Below, piece by piece: positions 16,998-26,436 of a DNA stretch of 64,000 nucleotides. The notes beneath the pieces were generated by a model that was not told where the DNA came from, searched no databases, and worked only from the letters and a program-made list of their open reading frames with translations. Source of the stretch: a virus (lineage: Duplodnaviria; Caudoviricetes); the IMG/VR virus record IMGVR_UViG_2902767014_000002, positions 1,964 to 65,963 of that record; one strand, written 5' to 3'. The position numbers and the translations under genes were made by a program. Positions within the stretch are counted from its first letter, which is position 1. Each line of letters starts with the position of its first letter.

Positions 16998-17277
16998 AGG
17001 GCATCCGGTCAATCTCTTTGTGGGTTGCTATTCGACGTAATGTTGCGCATCCGCCATCAAGTTCCAGAGAGATTTTGTATGCTTTATTCGACGTCGCGTC
17101 GATCGTATAGATCTTGGGGTTTTTATGGCCGCTAAGCGAATGGAATCGTCGTGTTGGCGGTATAGGATTCCGCAGTAGATCCACAAGCGCTGCGTCGACT
17201 TCGCCTTTTAACTGCTGCGAGGGCAAATTGTCATATTCCCTCTGGAAGCGCTTCTTTCGGCGCAGCGTAGTGATCAC
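16996..17277 (-). CDS. RelE/ParE-superfamily toxin-like protein
   Basis: 93 aa, basic; F.REY..L, FHSLSG, YKI, RRIATHKEI pattern. Confidence 0.7.
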   Translation of the reverse strand: MITTLRRKKRFQREYDNLPSQQLKGEVDAALVDLLRNPIPPTRRFHSLSGHKNPKIYTIDATSNKAYKISLELDGGCATLRRIATHKEIDRMP

Positions 17278-17281
17278 CTGC

Positions 17282-17764
17282 TCATCCCCTCAGCGCAGCG
17301 ATCATTTCCTCGGCTGATCCAAACTCTCCATTCAGGACTTCATCAAAATCAGCATCGTGCTCGCCAAGCGCCCAGCATAGGTCGTTCATCGCATTATGCG
17401 CGGCAGCCATGGCATCGAGCAGATTATCAAAGGCCTCAACGACGCCATCGTCTTCCCGAAGTGCCGGATCAGCGGCGGCGGAATTGCGCCTCGACTGATG
17501 TTGAGCGTAAGCGGTGGCAAGTGCGTCTCGAGCAGCTTCCAATCCTTCAAGCGCCTTACCATCCGGATCAACCGCTTTTGTTGCTCTATGGAGAGCCTGA
17601 ACAAGCTCCTGCGCCTTGCCTGCCAGGTCGTGCAGCAGATCACGCTCAACGCAACAAGCATAGATCGTGTCATCGATTTGCTTGAGAAAATCTACGCTGC
17701 GCGATGCTTGATACTCTACAACTTGCCCGAAGGAGCGCAGGCGCTGTACCTCAGTGCGTACCAT
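17282..17764 (-). CDS. Putative antitoxin/partner (acidic helical protein)
   Basis: Ends 4 nt before the toxin start; acidic C-terminus EFGSAEEMIAALRG. Confidence 0.6.
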   Translation of the reverse strand: MVRTEVQRLRSFGQVVEYQASRSVDFLKQIDDTIYACCVERDLLHDLAGKAQELVQALHRATKAVDPDGKALEGLEAARDALATAYAQHQSRRNSAAADPALREDDGVVEAFDNLLDAMAAAHNAMNDLCWALGEHDADFDEVLNGEFGSAEEMIAALRG

Positions 17765-17935
17765 TGCTTTCTCCGTGCCACTCGACGAGCGGCGAATTAG
17801 GGTTACCGAAAAACCTGCACCCAGTAGTTTGATTGCCATTGTAGCCTGAAAATTCAGAGGGCTGCACACCGGTACGTGCGGCTCCCCGCTCTTCTGACAA
17901 AGCCAGCACCTCAATCAGACAATGATCGCTCCCCA

Positions 17936-18472
17936 TTATTTATGGGATGTCTTCCGGTGCGGCTTGGGCGAAGCAGCGTGACCCGCATCGGCGATCTCCC
18001 CGCTTGGCACCCTATCTCTTCCCTGTGGCTTCAACATCTCGGTGGCGGCGTCCAGTTTCTCAGCCGTGCTCAACTGGCGACCAGGCGCACTGCCGCCGCT
18101 CAGCAATACCTCCAGCGCGTCCGCGATCCGGTCAACTTCCTCCGGGGTGCGGCCGCGGAGGGCTGAGCGAATCCGCGCCATGCCACGATCATCCGAAGTC
18201 GAATCGACGGACGCAGAAGGCGCCTCGTCCTCGGGCTGATCGCCCACCTTCTCCAAATTAAGCACAACTCGGTGGTTCGCCCCGGTTTCCAGCCACTCAG
18301 GCGCAACTCCAAGCGCTCTCGCGAGCGCCAAGATATGTTTCGACCCCTTGTTTCGACCACCCTCAATCTGCGCGATCGTAGATTGCGAAATCCCGGCCGC
18401 CTTGGATAGGTCGGCTTGCGCCATATGTAGGCGCTCTCTTTCAGCTCGGACCCGTTCGCCAAATGTATTCAT
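17936..18472 (-). CDS. CI-like repressor (XRE HTH) without an S24 peptidase domain
   Basis: GERVRAERERL.M.Q.DL..AAGISQSTIAQIE.G HTH; divergent from cro. Confidence 0.85.
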   Translation of the reverse strand: MNTFGERVRAERERLHMAQADLSKAAGISQSTIAQIEGGRNKGSKHILALARALGVAPEWLETGANHRVVLNLEKVGDQPEDEAPSASVDSTSDDRGMARIRSALRGRTPEEVDRIADALEVLLSGGSAPGRQLSTAEKLDAATEMLKPQGRDRVPSGEIADAGHAASPKPHRKTSHK

Positions 18473-18544
18473 ATTGCAATCGTAATATTTTGCATGAGTA
18501 GTTTGGTACTTGCCATGTAAGTACAAATGCAATATCCTTGAGCC
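18473..18544. promoter_or_regulatory. oR/pR/pRM region with about three TRCA-NN-NGYA operator-like boxes
   Basis: AT-rich intergenic region; motif shared with 15310-15348. Confidence 0.6.
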
Positions 18545-18751
18545 ATGAATGCTCAATCGATGATTGCCGACCTGATGAAAGCCGGCCTGACCCAGAAGGA
18601 GATCGAACGCCGATCCGGTGTCGATCAGTCGACGGTTTCCAGCCTACATACAGGGAAACGTGGCAAACGCGTCTCCTACGAAACAGTCAGCAGGCTTCAG
18701 CAGGTATGGCGGCAAGTCTGCTGCGATATTGCTCAAGCCAAGGAGGCGTAA
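18545..18751 (+). CDS. Cro-like HTH protein
   Basis: LTQKEIERRSGVDQSTVSSLHTG HTH. Confidence 0.85.
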   Translation: MNAQSMIADLMKAGLTQKEIERRSGVDQSTVSSLHTGKRGKRVSYETVSRLQQVWRQVCCDIAQAKEA

Positions 18752-18903
18752 ATGCTCACCACTCTCTCCGTGGGCTGGGACGGATGAAAACAATCCTGAC
18801 CATCCTCCACTTTTGGCGATTGCATCGCAAGGAGCAGAGTCGCTAGAAGGCGCGATTTGTTGAAGGTAGCTGTGTAGCGGTTCCGGTTTCATCGTTTCAC
18901 ACA

Positions 18904-18926
18904 GGGCTCTTCGGAGTCCTTATTTT
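18904..18926 (+). terminator. tR1-like terminator
   Basis: GGGCTC-TTCG-GAGTCC followed by TTATTTT. Confidence 0.55.
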
Positions 18927-18997
18927 GCGGTGCGTCGCAACTGGGTAATCAAGTTGGGACGCATCTGGGGTCCGATTGAATTTATCTACGAGAGGTT

Positions 18998-19366
18998 TTG
19001 GTGGAACAGATTGAGATGCGAATGTTTGCGATGTATCAGGAGCCGGCACGCCTGCCTGAATCGCAAATTGAAGCGATGACGTTTGAGGGCACGCTTTCGC
19101 TCGCGCTAGAGCTTGGCCTCAAACGTTTTGATCGGAAGACGCTCGCCAAGCAATGCGGGATTCACTACCCCCACTTCGGGGATCTGATAGCCGGTCGTCG
19201 ACCATTTCCCGCGGTCAAGTTGTCCCGGTTTTGCATGCTGTCTGCCTGCGACTACCCGCGGCAATGGATCGAAATTCAGGATCGGCGCGACCTGGAAAAT
19301 TACAAGGCCCAGAGCGCCCAGATTGTCGGGGAATACATCCAGAAGGCTATGGGGAAGGCGGCATGA
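18998..19366 (+). CDS. CII-like HTH regulator
   Basis: Position after cro; KTLAKQCGIHYPHF HTH. Confidence 0.65.
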   Translation: MVEQIEMRMFAMYQEPARLPESQIEAMTFEGTLSLALELGLKRFDRKTLAKQCGIHYPHFGDLIAGRRPFPAVKLSRFCMLSACDYPRQWIEIQDRRDLENYKAQSAQIVGEYIQKAMGKAA

Positions 19367-19452
19367 GGGCCTTTTTCTTCTGCTGCTCCCTTGTCTGGAT
19401 CGGGATGGTGATCGTGTGGACCGTTGGTGAACTTATTGGGGTGATTCGATGA
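19363..19452 (+). CDS. Tiny membrane peptide
   Basis: ATGA overlaps at both ends; hydrophobic MRAFFFCCSLVWIGMVIVW. Confidence 0.45.
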   Translation: MRAFFFCCSLVWIGMVIVWTVGELIGVIR

Positions 19453-20183
19453 ATCTCGAGCTGCACCCGCTCTGCACGCTATTCCCGCGCCTCTCCGGCG
19501 CGGAGTTCGAATCGCTCAAAGATGACATCCGAGCTAACGGCCTTCGAAATCCCATCGTTATCCACGAAGGGATGATTCTAGACGGCGGGAATCGCTACCG
19601 CGCATGCGCCGAAATTGGTATCACGCCGCAGACGGTCAAGTTCGGCGGAGGCAATCTCGTGTCGTTCGTGCTGTCGGCCAATCTCCATCGTCGTCATCTT
19701 TCGCCGGGGCAGCAGGCGGCGATTGTTGCGAGCGCTCAGGATTGGGCTGCGGCACAAACACATGGCGGAGTCCGCTCAAGTGTTCACGAGAACACTTGCC
19801 TTGATACGACCGAGCAGAGAGCGGCGCAATCCGGTGCAAGCATCATGACCCAGCGTCGCGCTGATGCCGTCGCTAAGGCCGACCCCGTCCTCGCGAAGAA
19901 GGTTGCACACGGCGAGGTCAGCCTCTCGAAAGCAGTCGAGACGGTCGCGCCAAAGCTTGCGCCTAGACCAACTGCCAAACCCAAGACCGGCCCGAAGGCT
20001 GAAGCCATGCGCGAAGAGCTTCGCGCTGCCAAAGAACGCCATGTGTCGATGCTGTGTACATATGGACGCCTGACGTTGAGCGCTATCCAGGCGCAAGACG
20101 AATTCACCGAAGAAGAGCGTGATTTGCTTTTGCAAATCGCAAGCGCCATTCATCAACTAAACCTTAAAGAGGTTCAAGCATGA
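19449..20183 (+). CDS. ParB N-terminal-like domain protein
   Basis: L..DI..NGL..PI...ILDGGNRYRAC...SANLHRRHL. Confidence 0.8.
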   Translation: MNLELHPLCTLFPRLSGAEFESLKDDIRANGLRNPIVIHEGMILDGGNRYRACAEIGITPQTVKFGGGNLVSFVLSANLHRRHLSPGQQAAIVASAQDWAAAQTHGGVRSSVHENTCLDTTEQRAAQSGASIMTQRRADAVAKADPVLAKKVAHGEVSLSKAVETVAPKLAPRPTAKPKTGPKAEAMREELRAAKERHVSMLCTYGRLTLSAIQAQDEFTEEERDLLLQIASAIHQLNLKEVQA

Positions 20184-21046
20184 CGAAGCCTGTATCAGCT
20201 TATGAAACGATCACGCCGGCCATCGCTCGTAACTGGCTAGGTCAGAATACTGCAAATCGAAACCTTCGCCGCAATGTCGTCGATGGATACAAATCGATAT
20301 TTGATCGCGGCGAATACAAGATCACGCATCAGGGTATCGCATTCATCGCGGATGGCACGCTCGTTGATGGCCAGCATCGCTTGACGGCCATATCTGAAAT
20401 GCCTGATGACTTCTCAGTGGTGATGCTCGTCACGCGTGGTCTCGACGAGGACGCTTATATGGCGATCGATTTGGGACTCAAGCGTACCGCTGCGGATGTG
20501 CTTCGTGAGAATTCTCGTGTCGCCGAAGTCTCCCGCTTCCTGGCGGCCCTGGTCGCCAATAACAAGTCTGCGATCACGCCGGCATTCATGCTCCCGTTCG
20601 TAGAGTATTTCAGGCCCGCTCATGATGAGTTGATGGACTTCTGCCCCACTGCATCGAAGACATGGAGTAGCGCGCCTGTCCGCGCCGCTGCAATTCTTCA
20701 GCTGGTAAATGGAGCGAACCCTGACTATGTCAAAAGCACGTATCGAGCACTGGTATTGATGGACGTGGATGCGATGCCGACAGTTGCGAAAAGCTTGTTC
20801 AAATCAGCTTTGACCGGTCACGTGTCCGCGTCTGGTCGTCTCGACATGCTTTGTCGGTGCCTTAAAGCATTCCAGCCGGAAAACCATGGTTTGCGCCAAA
20901 TCAGAATTAACCAGGACGAAATGGTCGCCGTAGTTCGCAAATTCCTTAACGACAACATCGTTTCGGTCGAACAAAAGAAAACGGCCGCGACGAGCGCGAC
21001 CGTGAAGAAGTTCAAGCAGCCCAATTATCGCATCGTTGGGCTGTAA
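20180..21046 (+). CDS. ParB/Srx-like domain protein
   Basis: ITP..A..WL..N..NR, HQGIAF, DGQHRL motifs. Confidence 0.75.
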   Translation: MTKPVSAYETITPAIARNWLGQNTANRNLRRNVVDGYKSIFDRGEYKITHQGIAFIADGTLVDGQHRLTAISEMPDDFSVVMLVTRGLDEDAYMAIDLGLKRTAADVLRENSRVAEVSRFLAALVANNKSAITPAFMLPFVEYFRPAHDELMDFCPTASKTWSSAPVRAAAILQLVNGANPDYVKSTYRALVLMDVDAMPTVAKSLFKSALTGHVSASGRLDMLCRCLKAFQPENHGLRQIRINQDEMVAVVRKFLNDNIVSVEQKKTAATSATVKKFKQPNYRIVGL

Positions 21047-21122
21047 ATACTAGGGTCCGCCCCATCAAAACGAGCGGGCTATTCGATCAGGATTCCTAAA
21101 CCCACTGGGTTATTTTTGGGTT

Positions 21123-21920
21123 ATGAGCGACGACACCGAAGACCGGGAACCCATGAAGTACTACAGCAAGCACATAGGCGACTTCGCCACCGCGACGAGG
21201 CTCTTGAGTCTCACGGAGCGGGGTGCTTATAACGAGTTGATGGACTACTACTACGCCACTGAGAAGCCGTTGCCGGCCAACTTGGATGCGTTGTGCCGCA
21301 TTGCCGGCGCATTCTCGGAACAGGAGAGAACCGCTGTGGACAAGGTTTCGCAGCAGTTCTTCGAGGAAGTAGATGGACAACTGTTCCAGGCGAAGATCGA
21401 AGATCAGATCCTCGCCTACAACGAAGAAGCCGAAAAAAACAGATTGAATGGGGGCAAGGGGGGGAGACCCCCTAAACCCAGAGAAAACCCACTGGGTAAC
21501 CCAGAGGAAACCCAAAGGCAAACCGAAAAAAAAGCGAATCCAGTAACCAGTAACCATATATCTAAACCTAACGGTTTAGATAAGGGCAAAAAGGCGCCTG
21601 CGGCACCTTTTGTCATTCCGGATTGGGTCCCGACTGATACATGGATTGATTTCGTGACCATGCGCAAGCAGATGCGCAAGCCAATGGGCGAGGCGGCCAT
21701 CCGTCTGGCAGTGCGAACGTTGGACGACCTGCGAAGCAAGGGCAATGACCCGAAGGCTGTGATTGAGCAATCAATCCTGCGTGGCTGGTCTGGCTTTTTT
21801 CCGCTTCGTGGCGACTTCGCGCGACGAGGTAGCAACCAACCCCTACGTAACGACCGGTCAGCGGCAGCAGCAGCCATTTTCGGGGCTTCTAGCGCCCCTA
21901 GTGAGGTCATTGATGTCTAA
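21123..21920 (+). CDS. DUF1376/YdaU-family replication initiator
   Basis: YY..HIGDF...T..LS..E.GAY..L.D.YY motif. Confidence 0.85.
   Translation: MSDDTEDREPMKYYSKHIGDFATATRLLSLTERGAYNELMDYYYATEKPLPANLDALCRIAGAFSEQERTAVDKVSQQFFEEVDGQLFQAKIEDQILAYNEEAEKNRLNGGKGGRPPKPRENPLGNPEETQRQTEKKANPVTSNHISKPNGLDKGKKAPAAPFVIPDWVPTDTWIDFVTMRKQMRKPMGEAAIRLAVRTLDDLRSKGNDPKAVIEQSILRGWSGFFPLRGDFARRGSNQPLRNDRSAAAAAIFGASSAPSEVIDV
21486..21530. repeat. Iteron-like AACCC-N3-GG repeats (candidate origin); an extra copy at 21099-21111
   Basis: AACCCACTGGGT, AACCCAGAGGA, AACCCAAAGGC in tandem, followed by an A tract. Confidence 0.55.
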
Positions 21921-22440
21921 GGCAATCGATGAAGTCCAGGTTAAGCAGATTTTCATGCTGCTTCACGGAATGTACGGAAACAGCGTCCTCGACAAGTACC
22001 GCATTGGTCAAGTGGACGAGAAGACGGGCGAGGATGTCGGCATGGCAACGGCTCGGTCGGTTTGGCTGAATGGCCTGCGCGAGTTCGATTCCGGAATGGT
22101 CATGAAGGCGATCGGCAAGTGCGCCGAGAAACACAAAACGTTTCCGCCGACGCTGCCTGAGTTCCGCGACCTCTGCAAGTTGTTCCAGCCGACGAAGTGG
22201 ATTCAACAGCCCTCGGCGCCCCGCCTAGAGATGAGTGAGGCGCTTCGATCGGAACAGGCCGAGCGCACACGTCAGTCGATCGCTCAAATTCGACTCAGGC
22301 GTGAAGGCGGGGTTAGCGTCAAACCCGGCGAAGAGGGGATTCCGACGTTGCATGTGTTGATCGCGAAAGCTGTAGGTCTGGCTGGAGGCGATGAAATTCG
22401 GACACTGATGCAACTTGATGAGCGACGGGAAAAAGCATGA
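21913..22440 (+). CDS. Replication protein P-like helicase loader
   Basis: Follows the initiator; FPPTLPEF motif. Confidence 0.7.
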   Translation: MSKAIDEVQVKQIFMLLHGMYGNSVLDKYRIGQVDEKTGEDVGMATARSVWLNGLREFDSGMVMKAIGKCAEKHKTFPPTLPEFRDLCKLFQPTKWIQQPSAPRLEMSEALRSEQAERTRQSIAQIRLRREGGVSVKPGEEGIPTLHVLIAKAVGLAGGDEIRTLMQLDERREKA

Positions 22441-22706
22441 GCGCACCACTTAGACCACGAATCCTCAAGTTCTTCGCGGACCATCCTGACGGCGCATCCG
22501 TCGAGCGGCTTGCGGAATATCTTGGCTCGGACAGCGATTCGACGATCCGCTCACTGCGATCGATGGAGGGCCGCGGCGAGGCAGTAATGATCCGTGACTC
22601 CGCCCTGCTCCCGCGAACGGTTTGGTCTCAAGCGAAGACGACGCCGCCGATTTTCAGGGCCGTCGAAACGCTCGAGGCGATGCAGAGCGCGGCGAGGTGC
22701 GCATGA
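22437..22706 (+). CDS. Winged-HTH hypothetical protein
   Basis: Overlap-coupled. Confidence 0.6.
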   Translation: MSAPLRPRILKFFADHPDGASVERLAEYLGSDSDSTIRSLRSMEGRGEAVMIRDSALLPRTVWSQAKTTPPIFRAVETLEAMQSAARCA

Positions 22707-22861
22707 GCACGGACCAGTTGAAAGACGTACTCGACGAAATCGCGCCGTGGTCACTCGAAGAGCTAAGGGCCTTCATCGCGAACCTCGCGATTCACAGCAC
22801 AGAGGATGCCGAACAGGTGAAGGCTGGATTGCTGGCCATCTGGGAACACAGGAAACGGTAA
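22703..22861 (+). CDS. Hypothetical protein
   Basis: ATGA overlap. Confidence 0.5.
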   Translation: MSTDQLKDVLDEIAPWSLEELRAFIANLAIHSTEDAEQVKAGLLAIWEHRKR

Positions 22862-22872
22862 GGGGTGATGGG

Positions 22873-23733
22873 ATGAGTGGAAGAACTGAAATGGGACTGA
22901 ATAGTATAACTAAGTGGCTTGACCAATGCCACTTTGGCGATTGCCGCGACACGATGCGCGCGATGATCGCTGATGGCGTGAAGGTGCAGACGATCGTCAC
23001 GTCGCCGCCGTATTGGGGTGGACTTCGAGACTACGGGCACGAAGCACAACTCGGGCTTGAGCGTGATCCGGCCGAGTACGTGCGCGTTCTGGTAGAGACG
23101 TTCCGACTTGCTCGAGATCTGCTCGCCGAAGACGGCACGTTCTGGCTGAATGTTGGCGATGTCTACGCCGCAAGCGGAAAAGGAGGCGGCGGTAATCGCG
23201 GTGATCGTGCCGCATGGTCGACGATCAAGGAGCGCAAAGGATTTCGCATGCCTCCCGCTGGATACAAGATGAAAGACCTCACGCTGGTTGCATTCCAGCT
23301 CGCTGACGGACTGCGCCGCGACGGTTGGTATCTGCGGCAGACAGTTATCTGGAAAAAGCCTGCAGCCGTCGAACCGATGCGTCTGGACCGCCCCGCCACC
23401 AGTCACGAATACCTGTTCCTGTTCTCAAAGTCGGAGATGTACCGCGCACATAACCCCGGTCACAAATGGTGGGGCCACTCCGTGTGGGAGATCGGCTCAG
23501 ATAGCGATGGCAGTCACCCGGCAGCGATGCCTAGCGAACTTCCGGAGCGCTGCATCCTCGCAACAACAGAACACAGCCATATCGTCTTTGACCCTTTCCT
23601 TGGTAGCGGCACCGTCGCAGCATCAGCCCAAAAGTTAGATCGCAGTTGGATTGGCTGCGAGTTGAATGAGAAGTATGAGCCGCTACAGCGCGACCGCCTG
23701 CGCCAGCCCGGTTTGCAACTGGAGGTGGCGTGA
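22873..23733 (+). CDS. Beta-class N4-C/N6-A DNA methyltransferase
   Basis: TSPPY, WLNVGD, HPA, DPFLGSGT, WIGCELN motifs. Confidence 0.9.
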   Translation: MSGRTEMGLNSITKWLDQCHFGDCRDTMRAMIADGVKVQTIVTSPPYWGGLRDYGHEAQLGLERDPAEYVRVLVETFRLARDLLAEDGTFWLNVGDVYAASGKGGGGNRGDRAAWSTIKERKGFRMPPAGYKMKDLTLVAFQLADGLRRDGWYLRQTVIWKKPAAVEPMRLDRPATSHEYLFLFSKSEMYRAHNPGHKWWGHSVWEIGSDSDGSHPAAMPSELPERCILATTEHSHIVFDPFLGSGTVAASAQKLDRSWIGCELNEKYEPLQRDRLRQPGLQLEVA

Positions 23734-24212
23734 TGCTCACAACCAAACACAAAAATCGCCGCGACCGCAACAAAGACCCGCGTCACCTGTTCTCAGGCAT
23801 CAACCGCCTGATGGCTGCGAAGGTTTCGAAACAGGAAGTGGTCGAAGGCGACGTCGACGAAATGGAATTGCCCGTCCTCGCGGCTATCGAGTGCATCGCC
23901 AAGGGCCATGGAAATGTTTCGCACTGGAACGAGATAGCGCACGCGATCAATCAGTCATGGGTGTTGTGCACCGAGGGCGGCGTTGGCGAAGAGGCTAAGC
24001 CGTATCTGCTGGTCGCGCAGGATGCGATGAAACGCGTGGCAAAGCGATACCACGATACCGGTCGCTTTGGATTCGATGAGCTCGGACTGGAAGCGGTCCG
24101 ACGCGTGGTCGAGATCTGGTCGACGCAACTGACGATGTGCACGCTGGGCGAAGTGCATGCGGCCAGCGAGGTAGCGGACAAACATTTTTGGAAAACGCCG
24201 GAGACAGCGTGA
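23730..24212 (+). CDS. Hypothetical phage protein
   Basis: Overlap-coupled 160-aa ORF. Confidence 0.7.
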   Translation: MMLTTKHKNRRDRNKDPRHLFSGINRLMAAKVSKQEVVEGDVDEMELPVLAAIECIAKGHGNVSHWNEIAHAINQSWVLCTEGGVGEEAKPYLLVAQDAMKRVAKRYHDTGRFGFDELGLEAVRRVVEIWSTQLTMCTLGEVHAASEVADKHFWKTPETA

Positions 24213-24748
24213 AAAACGATTGGCTCACCACGGAAATAGCCTTGTTGCGGGAGCGCTATGCAACCGCTCCATCGTGCGCCGAGCTCATGGCGCTCTTTCC
24301 ACGACACACGCCTGCATCCGTGCGCCGAACGGCTCGCCTTGAGGGGTTGTCGCGGCCGCTATCAGGTGTCGTTAAGTTGAGGCCAGGCCTGGATCGCGTA
24401 CTCAACCTTCTCGAGCGCGAAGGTCCGATGACATCGCGTGAGATCGGCGAGCGTTTAGGAATCCAGTATCGGGCTGTGGAAAACATTCGGCAAACGTACC
24501 GCACGGAGTTTCGCATTGCTGGATGGGAGCCGCCTCCCAATGGCGGCAAGTGGGCGCCCAAATTGGCGCCGGCAAACGGGCTTCTGGATGCACCGAAGCC
24601 GTTTGCACGAAAGAAAACAAAGATCGGCCGAAAGATGGCTAATCCGTTTGCTATCGCCGCCGGCGTATCACCCGTCCCGACCGCGCCAAAGGGCCGCGTC
24701 TACATCCACCTGACCGATTCACCCGAAGAAGAAATGGAGGCGGCATGA
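24209..24748 (+). CDS. HTH-containing hypothetical protein
   Basis: GTG start overlapping the upstream stop. Confidence 0.6.
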   Translation: MKNDWLTTEIALLRERYATAPSCAELMALFPRHTPASVRRTARLEGLSRPLSGVVKLRPGLDRVLNLLEREGPMTSREIGERLGIQYRAVENIRQTYRTEFRIAGWEPPPNGGKWAPKLAPANGLLDAPKPFARKKTKIGRKMANPFAIAAGVSPVPTAPKGRVYIHLTDSPEEEMEAA

Positions 24749-24927
24749 GAACCGATCTGAAAGAGACGACCCAACTCGTTATAGGCCTTACGTATCGCCA
24801 GATGCTCGATTGGATGGCCGAAGACGGCGTGTTCTGCTCGCCGGATAAATACGCACGCCGGCTTCAAGAGGCGCAGCGTCTGGCTCTGGCGGCACGGAAC
24901 GAAGCTAACGAGAAGGAGAAAGCATGA
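24745..24927 (+). CDS. Hypothetical protein
   Basis: Overlap-coupled. Confidence 0.55.
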   Translation: MRTDLKETTQLVIGLTYRQMLDWMAEDGVFCSPDKYARRLQEAQRLALAARNEANEKEKA

Positions 24928-25145
24928 GCCAATCGCGCAAAGGATCGATTGCAGAGGCGATCACCAACACCTGCATCGGTTTCGGAATCAACTACACCGC
25001 GAACCTGCTGATCTTCCCGCTTTTCGGTATGCACATCAGCCTGGCGAATAACTTTCTGATGGGGATTATCTACACCGGGATTTCCATCGCGCGTTCATAT
25101 GTGCTCAGAAGAGTTTTCAACGGCTTTACGGCGAGGAAGGCATGA
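24924..25145 (+). CDS. Small two-TM phage membrane protein (QSRKGS..EA..N family)
   Basis: Family motif; two hydrophobic segments. Confidence 0.7.
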   Translation: MSQSRKGSIAEAITNTCIGFGINYTANLLIFPLFGMHISLANNFLMGIIYTGISIARSYVLRRVFNGFTARKA

Positions 25146-25711
25146 CGAACAAACCGACGAACCCCAAAGACAGCATCGGAATTCGAAAAGCGCCGATGTC
25201 AACCGTCTCCGCTGCCGTGATGGCCGAGATCGGCGTTGCGATGCTCGAAGGCGCGGCGAAGTATGGCCGGCACAACTATCGCGCCGTTGGTGTGCGTGCC
25301 TCGGTCTACTACGACGCGACACTTCGCCACCTGTTCTCATGGTGGGAAGGCGAAGACGTCGATCCCGACTCGGGTATGTCGCACATCACTAAGGCGATTA
25401 CGTCGCTTGTCGTGCTGCGTGACGCGATGATCCAAAGCAAGGTTGAGGATGACCGAGCGCCATCATCGAAGGCGTTCTATCCGGCGCTCAACTCTGCCGC
25501 TGGCTCGATCCTTGATCGCCACGCCGACAAATCACCGAAGCACTATACGATCGAAGACGAGTGCCGCAGCAGCTATTGCGAATGCGAGCCGGGCAAGTGC
25601 AGCTCGGGCCGCATCGACAAGCGGGCCGACCATGTCGCCGCCATGACCGAACACGCCGCACGCGAGGAAGACGCGAGGCTGATCGCTGAGAGCAACAGGG
25701 AGGCTGCATGA
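25142..25711 (+). CDS. dATP/dGTP diphosphohydrolase domain protein (DUF5664-like)
   Basis: NPKD..G..K, GA.KYG..NY, RHL..WW.GED.DPDSG..H motifs. Confidence 0.8.
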   Translation: MTNKPTNPKDSIGIRKAPMSTVSAAVMAEIGVAMLEGAAKYGRHNYRAVGVRASVYYDATLRHLFSWWEGEDVDPDSGMSHITKAITSLVVLRDAMIQSKVEDDRAPSSKAFYPALNSAAGSILDRHADKSPKHYTIEDECRSSYCECEPGKCSSGRIDKRADHVAAMTEHAAREEDARLIAESNREAA

Positions 25712-26436
25712 CTTTCGTAAAACATTTCGAACGCAACACCTCTGGCCGCGATTTCGCGGTCGGTGACATCCATGGTTGTTTCAAGCTGCTCCGTACCGAT
25801 CTCGACAATATGGGCTTCGATCCGTCGCGCGATCGTCTCTTTAGCGTAGGCGATCTGGTCGACCGCGGGCCGGATTCCGAACTCGCGCTGGAATGGATTG
25901 ACGAGCCGTGGTTTCACGCCGTGCGCGGCAACCACGAAGACATGGCTATTCGCTATCCCAGCGGAAACATGGATGCGGCGAACTACGCAGCCAATGGCGG
26001 CGCTTGGAATGTCGGCAATCCGCGTCACCTGCAACTCGCCTTCTCGTGCGCCTTTGATGCTTTGCCCGTAGCCATTGAGGTGGAGACCGAGGGCGGCTTG
26101 ATCGGCATCCTGCATGCGGATTGCCCTTTCCCGACGTGGCGTGATTTCACAGTCTCGCTCGACGACGCGAACATGTCGAACAAGATGCGCAAGGCCGTGT
26201 TTGAGGCGGCGCTGTGGTCGCGCGAGCGTATTCAAGATGAAGACGTCAGTGGCGTACCGGATCTGCGCGCACTCATCGTCGGCCACACTCCTCTCAAGAG
26301 CCCAGCCGTGCTCGGCAATGTGCACTACATCGACACGGGCGCGGTATTCCGTGGCGGGTACTTTACGTTCATCAACCTAGCCACGCTGGAGACGGTTCCG
26401 GCGATGCAGAAGAAGCTCGAATGGGAGGCAGCGTGA
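25708..26436 (+). CDS. Ser/Thr protein phosphatase, NinI-like metallophosphoesterase
   Basis: GDIHG, GDLVDRG, RGNHE, GHT, IDTGA. Confidence 0.9.
   Translation: MTFVKHFERNTSGRDFAVGDIHGCFKLLRTDLDNMGFDPSRDRLFSVGDLVDRGPDSELALEWIDEPWFHAVRGNHEDMAIRYPSGNMDAANYAANGGAWNVGNPRHLQLAFSCAFDALPVAIEVETEGGLIGILHADCPFPTWRDFTVSLDDANMSNKMRKAVFEAALWSRERIQDEDVSGVPDLRALIVGHTPLKSPAVLGNVHYIDTGAVFRGGYFTFINLATLETVPAMQKKLEWEAA

Noticed and set aside
22873-23733. Restriction-modification system
   Set aside because: No adjacent restriction endonuclease; an orphan phage methyltransferase is the simpler reading.
25142-25711. 2-aminoadenine (Z) genome system
   Set aside because: No purZ or dedicated polymerase in the window; the hydrolase domain alone is insufficient.
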